A DNA stretch of 64,000 nt from an uncultured Candidatus Saccharibacteria bacterium (lineage in GTDB: Bacteria; Patescibacteriota; Saccharimonadia; Saccharimonadales; JAGQNJ01). The notes below the pieces were generated by a model. That model saw nothing but the letters and a program-made list of their open reading frames with translations, was not told where the DNA came from and did no database searches. The stretch spans positions 398,566 through 462,565 of the forward strand of contig CAZNZL010000001.1 of NCBI GenBank assembly GCA_964577565.1. The letters run 5' to 3'. Each line of letters opens with the position of its first letter. Positions within the stretch are counted from its first letter, which is position 1. The position numbers and the translations under genes were made by a program. Positions 35,705-43,672 of the stretch are shown piece after piece.

Positions 35705-36834
35705 CTATGTTCAGGTTTCCTAATAGCATAGTAGCTAAGCTGAGAAGCCGGATGATCTAGTCCCTCAACATGAGCTAAGCCACTATTTTCGATAGCTGCC
35801 TTAACTAAGTGAGGTGTAACATTTTCACTGATTTCATTACACTCAAAAGTCACTATCACCGATGAATTTCTGCGAGCAGTAACAGCTGTAAGTAAGTCCA
35901 CAACATCTGACGCATAATCATTGCCCCTTCTGTTTTTATCAGTAACAATTCCCAAGAATACAAAAATGTTATCGGTAGAGTATGCTTCAGGATGATTTGT
36001 TTCGTAATATTCCTTATCTAGCCAGGGGCATTGATCAAGATCTGTTAAGAACATACATAGTGTAGTGATATCTCCACCTACTCTATTAACTATCTTCACA
36101 ACCGACGGATCACGAAGCAACTCTTTAAAGCTTGGCTCATCATAACCCGCGTTGATCGGATGCTCTTCTGCCAGTTCTGCAAAAGGTTCATCATATAGCT
36201 GCCATAAACTCTCTATTTCATCTTCAGAAACCACATCAATGCAAGAGACGCCATTTATGGAAGCGTCGGGTAGCTCGTTATTTGCCAGCATCCTATTGTA
36301 GGCCTCAAACGTTGATTCGGTTCTTCGAAATTCTTTAGGCTGGCCATCGAACACCACCTCAGCAACATATTGATTTAAATACCTTTCTTGTTCACCTCCG
36401 CCCAAATTTTCAACAACAATTTCAGTATCTTCTGGAAGAATTAATCTAACTTTATCGAGCCGCTCTTGAGGTTTATCTTTATAAGCATCTACAATAACTA
36501 CTCCGCCAGCATTAATTCTTTCTGCAAGAACCTCTCCAATATGTCGCTTCGTCTTTTCCTCTAGTGAAGAATAGTTATAGGGGGGGAAATAAAATGTATC
36601 CAGGGGGCGACCATATGTACGATTAATAAAACTAGAATTAAACCAATCAATGGGGCCAATCGGCACTAGACTCGGCACTTCTTTATTTAAACGTTCATCA
36701 TATATAGATACCGCACCATCATATTCTACCAATTTATCCATCTCGTCTTCAGGCAGTCCAAGCCGTTGTGGATGCAAGTGATCAGTAATTTCAGAAAGGA
36801 CTTCGCTAGAGATTCGTGAAGTATGTTCTGTCAT
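35701..36834 (-). CDS. unknown 377-aa protein translationally coupled to pdaD; C-terminal half GNAT-like (tentative)
   Basis: The ATG overlaps the pdaD TAA (TAATG). FVFLGIVTDKNRRGNDYASDVVDLL resembles the acetyl-CoA-binding segment of GNATs. Confidence 0.5.
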   Translation of the reverse strand: MTEHTSRISSEVLSEITDHLHPQRLGLPEDEMDKLVEYDGAVSIYDERLNKEVPSLVPIGPIDWFNSSFINRTYGRPLDTFYFPPYNYSSLEEKTKRHIGEVLAERINAGGVVIVDAYKDKPQERLDKVRLILPEDTEIVVENLGGGEQERYLNQYVAEVVFDGQPKEFRRTESTFEAYNRMLANNELPDASINGVSCIDVVSEDEIESLWQLYDEPFAELAEEHPINAGYDEPSFKELLRDPSVVKIVNRVGGDITTLCMFLTDLDQCPWLDKEYYETNHPEAYSTDNIFVFLGIVTDKNRRGNDYASDVVDLLTAVTARRNSSVIVTFECNEISENVTPHLVKAAIENSGLAHVEGLDHPASQLSYYAIRKPEHS

Positions 36835-37328
36835 TATATTAGATTAGCACGATTCTGCCAGTCGCTGGCTTGGTATACGGCAACAACCATGGCACATACC
36901 GGTAAGTGCGTACAGGTTTTACCGACAACCTCCATATGTATGGGGCCAAAATCAACATTACGGGTAGCCATGAGTGCCTCAAGGCTTTGCTTGATATCGC
37001 GACGAACGGTTTTTTCACTGTTGCCTTCGTGCTCAACAAACAGACCTTTGCCGGTTGCTTTATCTTGCACCCAGCCAATACCGGCCCATGCCTCTGCATT
37101 GGGCGTATCTACTCGTTGTTCGGCCATTACCACATATAAACGATCACCCCAGTTACCGGGTAAATCTTTAAGCGGTTTGTCAGATACTTGAATCTGTGAC
37201 TCAGGCGGGATAACTGAACTCAGTCGCAACAGATTGTAATTGGCTATGCCCGCATGATTAAGGGCAGCATCAAACGCAGCCAACTTTGTGGGGCCAGAAC
37301 CGATTCCTTTGCTGAGTTTAATAATCAT
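36834..37328 (-). CDS. pdaD: pyruvoyl-dependent arginine decarboxylase
   Basis: GIGSGPTKLAAFDAALNHAGIANYNLLRLSSVIPP, including the Ser-Ser self-cleavage site. Size 164 aa. Confidence 0.82.
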   Translation of the reverse strand: MIIKLSKGIGSGPTKLAAFDAALNHAGIANYNLLRLSSVIPPESQIQVSDKPLKDLPGNWGDRLYVVMAEQRVDTPNAEAWAGIGWVQDKATGKGLFVEHEGNSEKTVRRDIKQSLEALMATRNVDFGPIHMEVVGKTCTHLPVCAMVVAVYQASDWQNRANLI

Positions 37329-37348
37329 AGTTGTTCCTTAAAACGAAA

Positions 37349-37396
37349 AATACTCGTGCAGGGGCGCCTTGGTTAAGGTGTCCACACACGAGTATT
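37349..37396 (-). promoter_or_regulatory. terminator-like leader hairpin between the pdaD promoter and the RBS (candidate attenuator)
   Basis: AATACTCGTG / CACGAGTATT perfect 10-bp stem with a 28-nt loop containing CCTT-aacc-AAGG, followed by TTTTTCGTTTT and then AAGGAA-N6-ATG. Confidence 0.5.
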
Positions 37397-37419
37397 AATC
37401 TTAAAAAGTACTGTTAAGC

Positions 37420-37447
37420 ATTATACCTCATATGCTAAAAAAGTCAA
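37420..37447 (-). promoter_or_regulatory. pdaD promoter (TTGACT-16 nt-TATAAT)
   Basis: The minus strand reads TTGACTTTTTTAGCATATGAGGTATAAT, matching the CAP-gene promoter at 24 of 27 positions plus one indel. Confidence 0.55.
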
Positions 37448-37469
37448 GCACAAAATGCTTATGCTTTCT

Positions 37470-37518
37470 GGGGACGGGAGGTGAGAACTTATTACAGTTC
37501 AATCAGACTCCCGTCCCC
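37470..37518. repeat. GC-rich inverted repeat / long-loop hairpin directly after the cassette D stop
   Basis: GGGGACGGGAG (37470-37480) and CTCCCGTCCCC (37508-37518) form a perfect 11-bp stem with a 27-nt AT-rich loop and no U-run. It starts 8 nt after the stop. Confidence 0.5.
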
Positions 37519-37526
37519 TATGTGTA

Positions 37527-38036
37527 CTACCGTATGAGCATGGAAATGCCGCTTCCGATTCCGAGCCCGTGAATGAGTGCGAACTCAAGAGCGTACAGGC
37601 CGCACAGCCAGAAGCCCAGGCGGTAGGCCCCATCCTGAGAAACGGCATTACGGCGACGTAGCCACAACACGGTAAGAACGCCACCAATAAGGAGGCTCAT
37701 CGGAACAGCAACCGCCACCGAGGTGACCTTACTTTTCAGCTGATCCTGCCGTGCCTGCAGCTCAGGGTTCTTCCGCTCTAGTTGTAGTCGGTTTAGCATC
37801 TTGCGAGCAAGCTTACCGGGGTTGGGGTTCAACCCTCGTATCAAGAGCCAGTATCCCACATTCCAGTAAATCGCCAGCGCAGCGATTGCCGATACCAGTG
37901 GATGAACCTGAGCTAGACCCCAGAATATCCACCCAAAGGCGAGATCGTCAATCACAACCAAGAACGCAAACAACTCAATCCAATAGTACAAGGTTCGGAG
38001 ACGCGACTGGTGCCGCACCTCGGTGTTATCAACCAT
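37527..38036 (-). CDS. GC-elevated 4-TM membrane protein (cassette D)
   Basis: Sampled lines are 55-63% GC. AAAGGAAA RBS 6 nt before the ATG, and hydrophobic helices. No domain recognised. Confidence 0.55.
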   Translation of the reverse strand: MVDNTEVRHQSRLRTLYYWIELFAFLVVIDDLAFGWIFWGLAQVHPLVSAIAALAIYWNVGYWLLIRGLNPNPGKLARKMLNRLQLERKNPELQARQDQLKSKVTSVAVAVPMSLLIGGVLTVLWLRRRNAVSQDGAYRLGFWLCGLYALEFALIHGLGIGSGISMLIR

Positions 38037-38076
38037 GCGCGTTTCCTTTCACTCGCAGCGATCAGATAACAACAAT

Positions 38077-38105
38077 ATTATACAATATTAGTTACTACTG
38101 GTCAA
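38077..38105 (-). promoter_or_regulatory. promoter of cassette D (TTGACC-17 nt-TATAAT)
   Basis: On the minus strand, TTGACC is at 38105-38100 and TATAAT at 38082-38077. Confidence 0.5.
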
Positions 38106-38144
38106 TCAGTTTTACTCTGCACCTACCTACAATATACTTATTGT

Positions 38145-38621
38145 ATGACTCTTTATCATGCATCGACAAACAAGTCCCTAGCGCTAATTACCCCCCAACC
38201 TACCTTAAGTCATAATCAATATATTGGTGATTTTGTCTTTGCGACTGCAAATAGAATTATGGCTATTATGTATCTTGCCCCTCGGGGAGTCCCCATTATG
38301 ATGAATCCTAATGCAAGTCGTCCAAATATCGTTATATGCTCTAGTGTTTCTGATTATAAAAGCAAAGACAAAGGGGGCGCCATTTATGAGCTTCTTTCTG
38401 ACTCTTTCATTGAGTCGCCACAAAAAGATTTAAGCATGTATGAAATGGTAAGCAAAGAACCAATTAAGCCAATCAATAAAACAGAGTATACAAGTTCCCT
38501 ATTAGCAATGTTAGAAAACAAAATTGAAGTAAAGTTCACTGATGAATACACTTTTAAAAAACTGATCAATAACCCAGAACAAAAACGGCTCATTAAAGCA
38601 ATCAAAAACTATTCAATCTAA
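38145..38621 (+). CDS. hypothetical protein (158 aa), first gene of the AT-rich island
   Basis: The N-terminal LYHAS..GDFVFATANRIMAIMY loosely recalls ART-fold/DUF3990-type proteins. This is very tentative. Confidence 0.45.
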   Translation: MTLYHASTNKSLALITPQPTLSHNQYIGDFVFATANRIMAIMYLAPRGVPIMMNPNASRPNIVICSSVSDYKSKDKGGAIYELLSDSFIESPQKDLSMYEMVSKEPIKPINKTEYTSSLLAMLENKIEVKFTDEYTFKKLINNPEQKRLIKAIKNYSI

Positions 38622-38914
38622 CCTGCCCTTACGCATAAATTTTACACCGTTTTATTAAGTTGATTTATCCACGCATGTCGCATTTATAAAAAATCGACGC
38701 TTGGGCCACAGTAAAGTAAGTTATTGAGTCGCCCTCTCGCTTCTAAAACACTGAATGGTGATTATACAAAAAAGTAAAGCATAAAATGGTTATGTTTATG
38801 GAAGCGATTGCGAACGGATAAAAACATTATTATTCAATATTATTGAGCCCTTCGTTGTTACAAAAAAACTATGTTTTTATTTGCCTTTATACCAACATGG
38901 TATATAATCTAAAT

Positions 38915-40201
38915 ATGTTGAGTGTATTATTACATCAAATTACGCTCCATCCTCTTTTGATTTCTAATAATTGGCAAAAATATAAGCACGAATACCAGGA
39001 TATAGAGAACACGCTTCTAAAATATGATCAGATAGAGAATCCTTTTATTTACGACAATAATATTTTACTTGGGTTCAACTTATCTAATGTTAACGATGAA
39101 ATTGCTAAACGACCACTCAATCAATACTTAAAAACAAAAACTACGGCATTCCTTAGATACAACGATCAAATATTTTCTCGCGGATTAGATTATTACCCCG
39201 GCTTGCAAAAACATCAACCTGTACAGGACACAGTTGAACAAATATATACCGACCTACTCTCCCTTTTAGAGGTATATGAAGATCATATCCGTATATCAAC
39301 AAATGACATGTTTGTTGTAGCTGCTGAAGATTATATTCGTAACTACTTATTGATTTTGTATCAAGCCTTTAGAACGCTAAGTTTTAAATATGTTTTTTTA
39401 AAAGAAAGCTCGTTTGAATACGAAATTATAAATAACAAGTTCCGAAACAATATAGAATCTGTGCTTACTGTTTTATTTTCACATCTAACAAACAAAAACA
39501 GCACAATGACAGTTTCTAAAGAAGAGGTTGTAAATCTGTGCAATTTGTCTCGTCAACTGTTGCTCATATTATTGGATGAACAACAAGTACATAAATTTAA
39601 CACCACTGATATAATTCGTGAATCAAGAGAGGTTGACAGCTTACGTCACATCTATACTTTTGCACAAAAAGTCGCAAAGCATAAATTGTCGCCCTCAACT
39701 TGTTTAATCGGCATTGAATACGGCGGTCTTGAACTACCGTTTGCAATCAACGCTGTTCGTATTCTTCAAGGCAAACAACAATTAAAAAATATAAGTGTAC
39801 GTGCCTCTAACTATTCTGCTAACGTTTCTAAAAATATTACAGTAATTGATTTAGCTCTTTTCTCACAAGAGCAAGACAGCCTCCAGAAAGCACGACAATG
39901 TGTAGTAGTTGATGACTCCATTACTACTGGCCGTTCAATATCACGCATAGTCAATTCTATGCCAAGCAACATTAAACGCGTTTATATTGCATGTGTTACA
40001 TTTAAGGTGTCCCATCGTTATCACCACCTTATCATGCCAGATCACGGCGGACTCAACCCGACCATTGCGCGTCACGCAACTTTATTATGCCAATCTAACT
40101 ATGCGGCAACATATAAAAATAACAGCTACCTAGATCGTTCTGGAAAATTTAATATTAATAAAGATACACTTTACAGAATATTGGGGGCACAGCATGCCTA
40201 A
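38915..40201 (+). CDS. two-domain protein: unknown helical N-terminal domain + C-terminal type I phosphoribosyltransferase domain
   Basis: PRPP-binding loop CVVVDDSITTGRSISRIV preceded by LIGIEYGGLELPFA. Start moved to ATG 38915, which lies 6 nt after TATAAT (38903-38908). Confidence 0.65.
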   Translation: MLSVLLHQITLHPLLISNNWQKYKHEYQDIENTLLKYDQIENPFIYDNNILLGFNLSNVNDEIAKRPLNQYLKTKTTAFLRYNDQIFSRGLDYYPGLQKHQPVQDTVEQIYTDLLSLLEVYEDHIRISTNDMFVVAAEDYIRNYLLILYQAFRTLSFKYVFLKESSFEYEIINNKFRNNIESVLTVLFSHLTNKNSTMTVSKEEVVNLCNLSRQLLLILLDEQQVHKFNTTDIIRESREVDSLRHIYTFAQKVAKHKLSPSTCLIGIEYGGLELPFAINAVRILQGKQQLKNISVRASNYSANVSKNITVIDLALFSQEQDSLQKARQCVVVDDSITTGRSISRIVNSMPSNIKRVYIACVTFKVSHRYHHLIMPDHGGLNPTIARHATLLCQSNYAATYKNNSYLDRSGKFNINKDTLYRILGAQHA

Positions 40202-40889
40202 AAAAATGCTTCTGTTTGATTTTGATGAAACCCTGGCATCATTGACTGATCTTCATCGCATATCGTGGAGACAAACGCTTGATGATGTTAACATAACTGA
40301 TGATTTAAAACTTTTACTTCCAGCTCAAAAATATCGCATGGAAAGATTTGATAGCGTAGCCAGGATAACGCAGCACTTTTTTAGAAGTAAAGCGCATGAG
40401 ATAAACCTTAAGGATTTTTTTCAGACTAATGATCGGTCTATTATCACCAGTCGCTTACTAGAATTAAAAGAAAGTCATTTGCTTTTTTCAATCAATCAAC
40501 TTGGCTACTCTGAAGCAGTACAACGACTGGTTCCTAATTTTATTTTTGCGTGTGACATATTATCAAAAGAGTATGATTTTGGAATTATATCCAGCACACG
40601 TCAGTCTATTATCTATAGCTTTTTAAATAAAGTTGGCTTGGTCGATACTTTCAAATTTGTAATCGGTGAGGAATTGCTTTGGCACAATAATAAACTACAT
40701 GACAAACCATCAGCGTATGCAATGACTCAAATTCCAGAACGCCACAAAACCAACACACTTCGCATTTATCTAGGTGATGACGTGAGGATTGATTCGCTTT
40801 TTGCTTACAACTCTAAAATGCCATTCATCCAAATGTCTGCCAAAGATGATGTTATGTATATAATCCCCCTACTTAAGGAAGTTGCATGA
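40194..40889 (+). CDS. HAD-superfamily phosphatase
   Basis: Motif I LLFDFDETL, motif II ISSTRQ and motif IV GDDVRID. The start overlaps the upstream stop by 8 nt. Confidence 0.7.
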   Translation: MPKKMLLFDFDETLASLTDLHRISWRQTLDDVNITDDLKLLLPAQKYRMERFDSVARITQHFFRSKAHEINLKDFFQTNDRSIITSRLLELKESHLLFSINQLGYSEAVQRLVPNFIFACDILSKEYDFGIISSTRQSIIYSFLNKVGLVDTFKFVIGEELLWHNNKLHDKPSAYAMTQIPERHKTNTLRIYLGDDVRIDSLFAYNSKMPFIQMSAKDDVMYIIPLLKEVA

Positions 40890-42181
40890 AGCCCCTATTA
40901 AAAATCTGCAATATTCAAAACATATACGAGGCTCGTTCAGCTGGTGAGCTTGGCATTCCCTATATTGGCTTACATGTTATTTCAGAAACTGATTATGCTA
41001 ACCTAGATACCATCAAGCGCATCGTCGTCATGATGCACGAAGAATTTCCTATCACAAAAACTATTTTAGTAACAAAAGAAAAAGATATTGAAAAACTAAT
41101 GCATCTCATTGATGAAATTGAGTGTGATGGAGTACAGCTACATTATAAAGTTCAATCAAAACAATTGCTGTTATTGAAATCTCGCTACGGGCAGAAATTC
41201 GTTATCTTTTGTGTTGTCACAGAAGAAGATCAATCGCATAAAACAACAGGTATCGATAAAGCCGATTTCATAATCTTAGATAAAAATTACATTGGCGGCA
41301 CGGGACAACAAATATCACCTCATGTCAGAGAAAAAATCCTTAATACATACAAAACAAATAAACTACTACTTGCAGGTGGTATTGACGCCACCTATTTACG
41401 GAAAGTTGCGCCTGGAATATCAGTCGCCGGTTTTGACATTCAGTCAGGGGTACGAAATGCCAACCGAACTGCTTTTGAAAATATTGAATACGATAAGCTT
41501 AAAGAGATCGTCCAATTATTCGATTACTCTCCAATTCAAACCCAACTCCCCAAAATCGGCTTTTCTGTCTTACCAGATGACAACATTAAGGATTACTATA
41601 ACATTGTGGATTTTTGGCATTTTGACTTTTTTGACGATACCCTTGGGCAGAACTCAAACCTTTCATCCAAACTCACGAGTGTGAAAGATTTCGCATCCAA
41701 AAATACACACTTTTCAATTCAGATACATATTTTTTCAAAATCAAAATCTTACATTTCTCACATTTACCGTAGTCTTGCAGGTCTAAAAACAAAATCAATA
41801 CATTTTTTTGTTCATGTGAATTCGCACTTGCAGCCTGAAATTAATTTTGACTATAATCTTAATATTTATCCCGCAATCGATGTTAAGGATGTCATAGACG
41901 ACGTTATTCCACTGGAAGATTTACTCAAAAGTAAGAAACTTCTTTTATGCCTTCAATCTGAAAAGCATAAAGAAAGAGCCGTTAACGCCGCAATCGCCAT
42001 CAAGCTACTAAAAGCCCTGAAGCCAACCGTTGAAGTAACGCTTGACCGAAGTATTACACCGAGTGACTTGAACTATATAGATGTACGTATTGACAGCATT
42101 ATATCGGGCAAGTATCTAAGAGAATATAAATTGCATGGATATTATGCACTAAAGAAAGGTATAAGACATGAGCTCCAGTAG
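40886..42181 (+). CDS. fusion of a TrpF-like (phosphoribosylanthranilate isomerase) barrel and an RPE-like ribulose-phosphate-binding barrel
   Basis: The N-terminal half reads KICNI..GIPYIGLHV..GVQLH..ILDKNYIGGTGQ..LAGGI..GFDIQSGV, collinear with TrpF. The C-terminal half carries FWHFDFFDDTLGQNSN, resembling the HxD..MDG..N segment of RPE. ATGA overlap upstream. Confidence 0.65.
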   Translation: MKPLLKICNIQNIYEARSAGELGIPYIGLHVISETDYANLDTIKRIVVMMHEEFPITKTILVTKEKDIEKLMHLIDEIECDGVQLHYKVQSKQLLLLKSRYGQKFVIFCVVTEEDQSHKTTGIDKADFIILDKNYIGGTGQQISPHVREKILNTYKTNKLLLAGGIDATYLRKVAPGISVAGFDIQSGVRNANRTAFENIEYDKLKEIVQLFDYSPIQTQLPKIGFSVLPDDNIKDYYNIVDFWHFDFFDDTLGQNSNLSSKLTSVKDFASKNTHFSIQIHIFSKSKSYISHIYRSLAGLKTKSIHFFVHVNSHLQPEINFDYNLNIYPAIDVKDVIDDVIPLEDLLKSKKLLLCLQSEKHKERAVNAAIAIKLLKALKPTVEVTLDRSITPSDLNYIDVRIDSIISGKYLREYKLHGYYALKKGIRHELQ

Positions 42182-43094
42182 GAATCGTCTAGCGGTCATT
42201 GATGTTGGCACACTAAAGTCAAAATTTGAAATTAGGGATTATCAATCACCAAATCGATATAACGTGATCTACAAAGATAAGAAGCTGACTGTATTGGGAA
42301 GAGATTTGCCTAAAACTAATGGTATGATTATCGATTCAGCAATCAAAACCACCATTGAGGCTTTAAATGAATTTAAACTAAAGATGAAAGAACTTGACGT
42401 TAAAAAGCACTTAGCCGTTACAACCGAAGCCGTGCGTAACGCCAAAAACTCCGAGACAGTCCTTAAGCGCATTAAAGATGAGACTGGCCTGGAGCTCAGA
42501 GTTTTATCCCACCAGGACGAGGCTGAGATATTCTTCAAACATATAGCCAATTCGTTTAATAACAAGCGGATTGCTGTTGCAGACATCGGTGGCGGTAGCG
42601 TTCAGGTAGTAGTTGGAAAAGGGTCAACCATAGAGTATGTGCATCTTTTTAAGACCGGAACGTACTTTATGCAAGAAACATTTTTTAAAACTCATAAACC
42701 AGAAAAAAGCGAACTACTAACCGCCAAAGAGTATGTTAAGCAAGAATTTAAAGGTCTTCGACATTTGGGCCTTACAGTAGATGAATTAGTGTATGGCAGT
42801 ACGAACATTATAGACTTCATGAAGGCTGTAGGTATTAAACTGAAAGCGTCTCATTACCCAGACCCCCACCCCTACCGAAGCTACATAAATGAATTAAAAT
42901 CTGTATACGAAAAAATATCCCCTATGCAGTACGAAGACCGCATGGAAATGTTTCCCGAAGAACCTTATTATATGTGGTCAGCCGACAATGCGCTTGTTAA
43001 TATAATTGAGCTAGCAGAAATTTTAAAACTCGATTCAGTTATACCGTCTAATGAGAATATCTCTAGCGGACTTTTTAGGCAGCTTTACCGTTAA
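42168..43094 (+). CDS. Ppx/GppA-family (ASKHA-fold) phosphatase-like protein
   Basis: LAVIDVGTLKSKFEI and VADIGGGSVQVVVG phosphate-binding motifs. 14-nt overlap upstream. Confidence 0.7.
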   Translation: MSSSRNRLAVIDVGTLKSKFEIRDYQSPNRYNVIYKDKKLTVLGRDLPKTNGMIIDSAIKTTIEALNEFKLKMKELDVKKHLAVTTEAVRNAKNSETVLKRIKDETGLELRVLSHQDEAEIFFKHIANSFNNKRIAVADIGGGSVQVVVGKGSTIEYVHLFKTGTYFMQETFFKTHKPEKSELLTAKEYVKQEFKGLRHLGLTVDELVYGSTNIIDFMKAVGIKLKASHYPDPHPYRSYINELKSVYEKISPMQYEDRMEMFPEEPYYMWSADNALVNIIELAEILKLDSVIPSNENISSGLFRQLYR

Positions 43095-43672
43095 TCATCG
43101 TGTAATCGCTTGAACTCCCGAGATATTAAGCTTCTAATGATATCTGCTTTAGTCAGCTCTAATTTTTGACTTAATACTTCTAACTCTTTCAAAGTTGTGG
43201 TCGTTAGCATTACGTTAAAACGTTTCTTTAGTGGCTCGGTCTCTTTCACAAATTCATCTATTTTTGCCCGTAACTCAAACGGGTCTTCATACGTTTTTAT
43301 AGTCACCAGGCCGCTTTTGTTGTGTCGAAGTAGCTCGGGAACGTTATCATAGTGATTTAGCTGTACAAGACAAAGTAATGGTACTTTTTTTTCAATGGCT
43401 AACATTGCCTGAAATATAACCGTTCTAGACTTTTCGCTAAACTCACATACCGCAAACTCTGATTTTGCCAACTGCCGGTGAGAATCTTCGGTTATGGTTG
43501 CTATCTTTGAGGGTAAGATACCCGCTTCGAATGGATAGCCTGCCACCAACCAAGGATCAATAGCTTTACAGCCTTGTTCCTTAAAAAACTTTAATATTTG
43601 TCGATACGTTTGAATGTGTTTGTCGATATTTTTTATCGTTGCAAAGAAAACAAAATTTCGTTTATTACTCAT
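43091..43672 (-). CDS. nucleoside 2-deoxyribosyltransferase/DNPH1-like domain fused to a C-terminal ribbon-helix-helix motif (tentative)
   Basis: FVFFATIKN..GCKAIDPW..AVCEFSEKSRTVIFQAMLAIEKKVPLLCL follows the NDT/Rcl pattern. The C-terminal RFNVMLTTTTLKELEVLSQKLELTKADIIRSLI is CopG/RHH-like. Confidence 0.45.
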   Translation of the reverse strand: MSNKRNFVFFATIKNIDKHIQTYRQILKFFKEQGCKAIDPWLVAGYPFEAGILPSKIATITEDSHRQLAKSEFAVCEFSEKSRTVIFQAMLAIEKKVPLLCLVQLNHYDNVPELLRHNKSGLVTIKTYEDPFELRAKIDEFVKETEPLKKRFNVMLTTTTLKELEVLSQKLELTKADIIRSLISREFKRLHDD

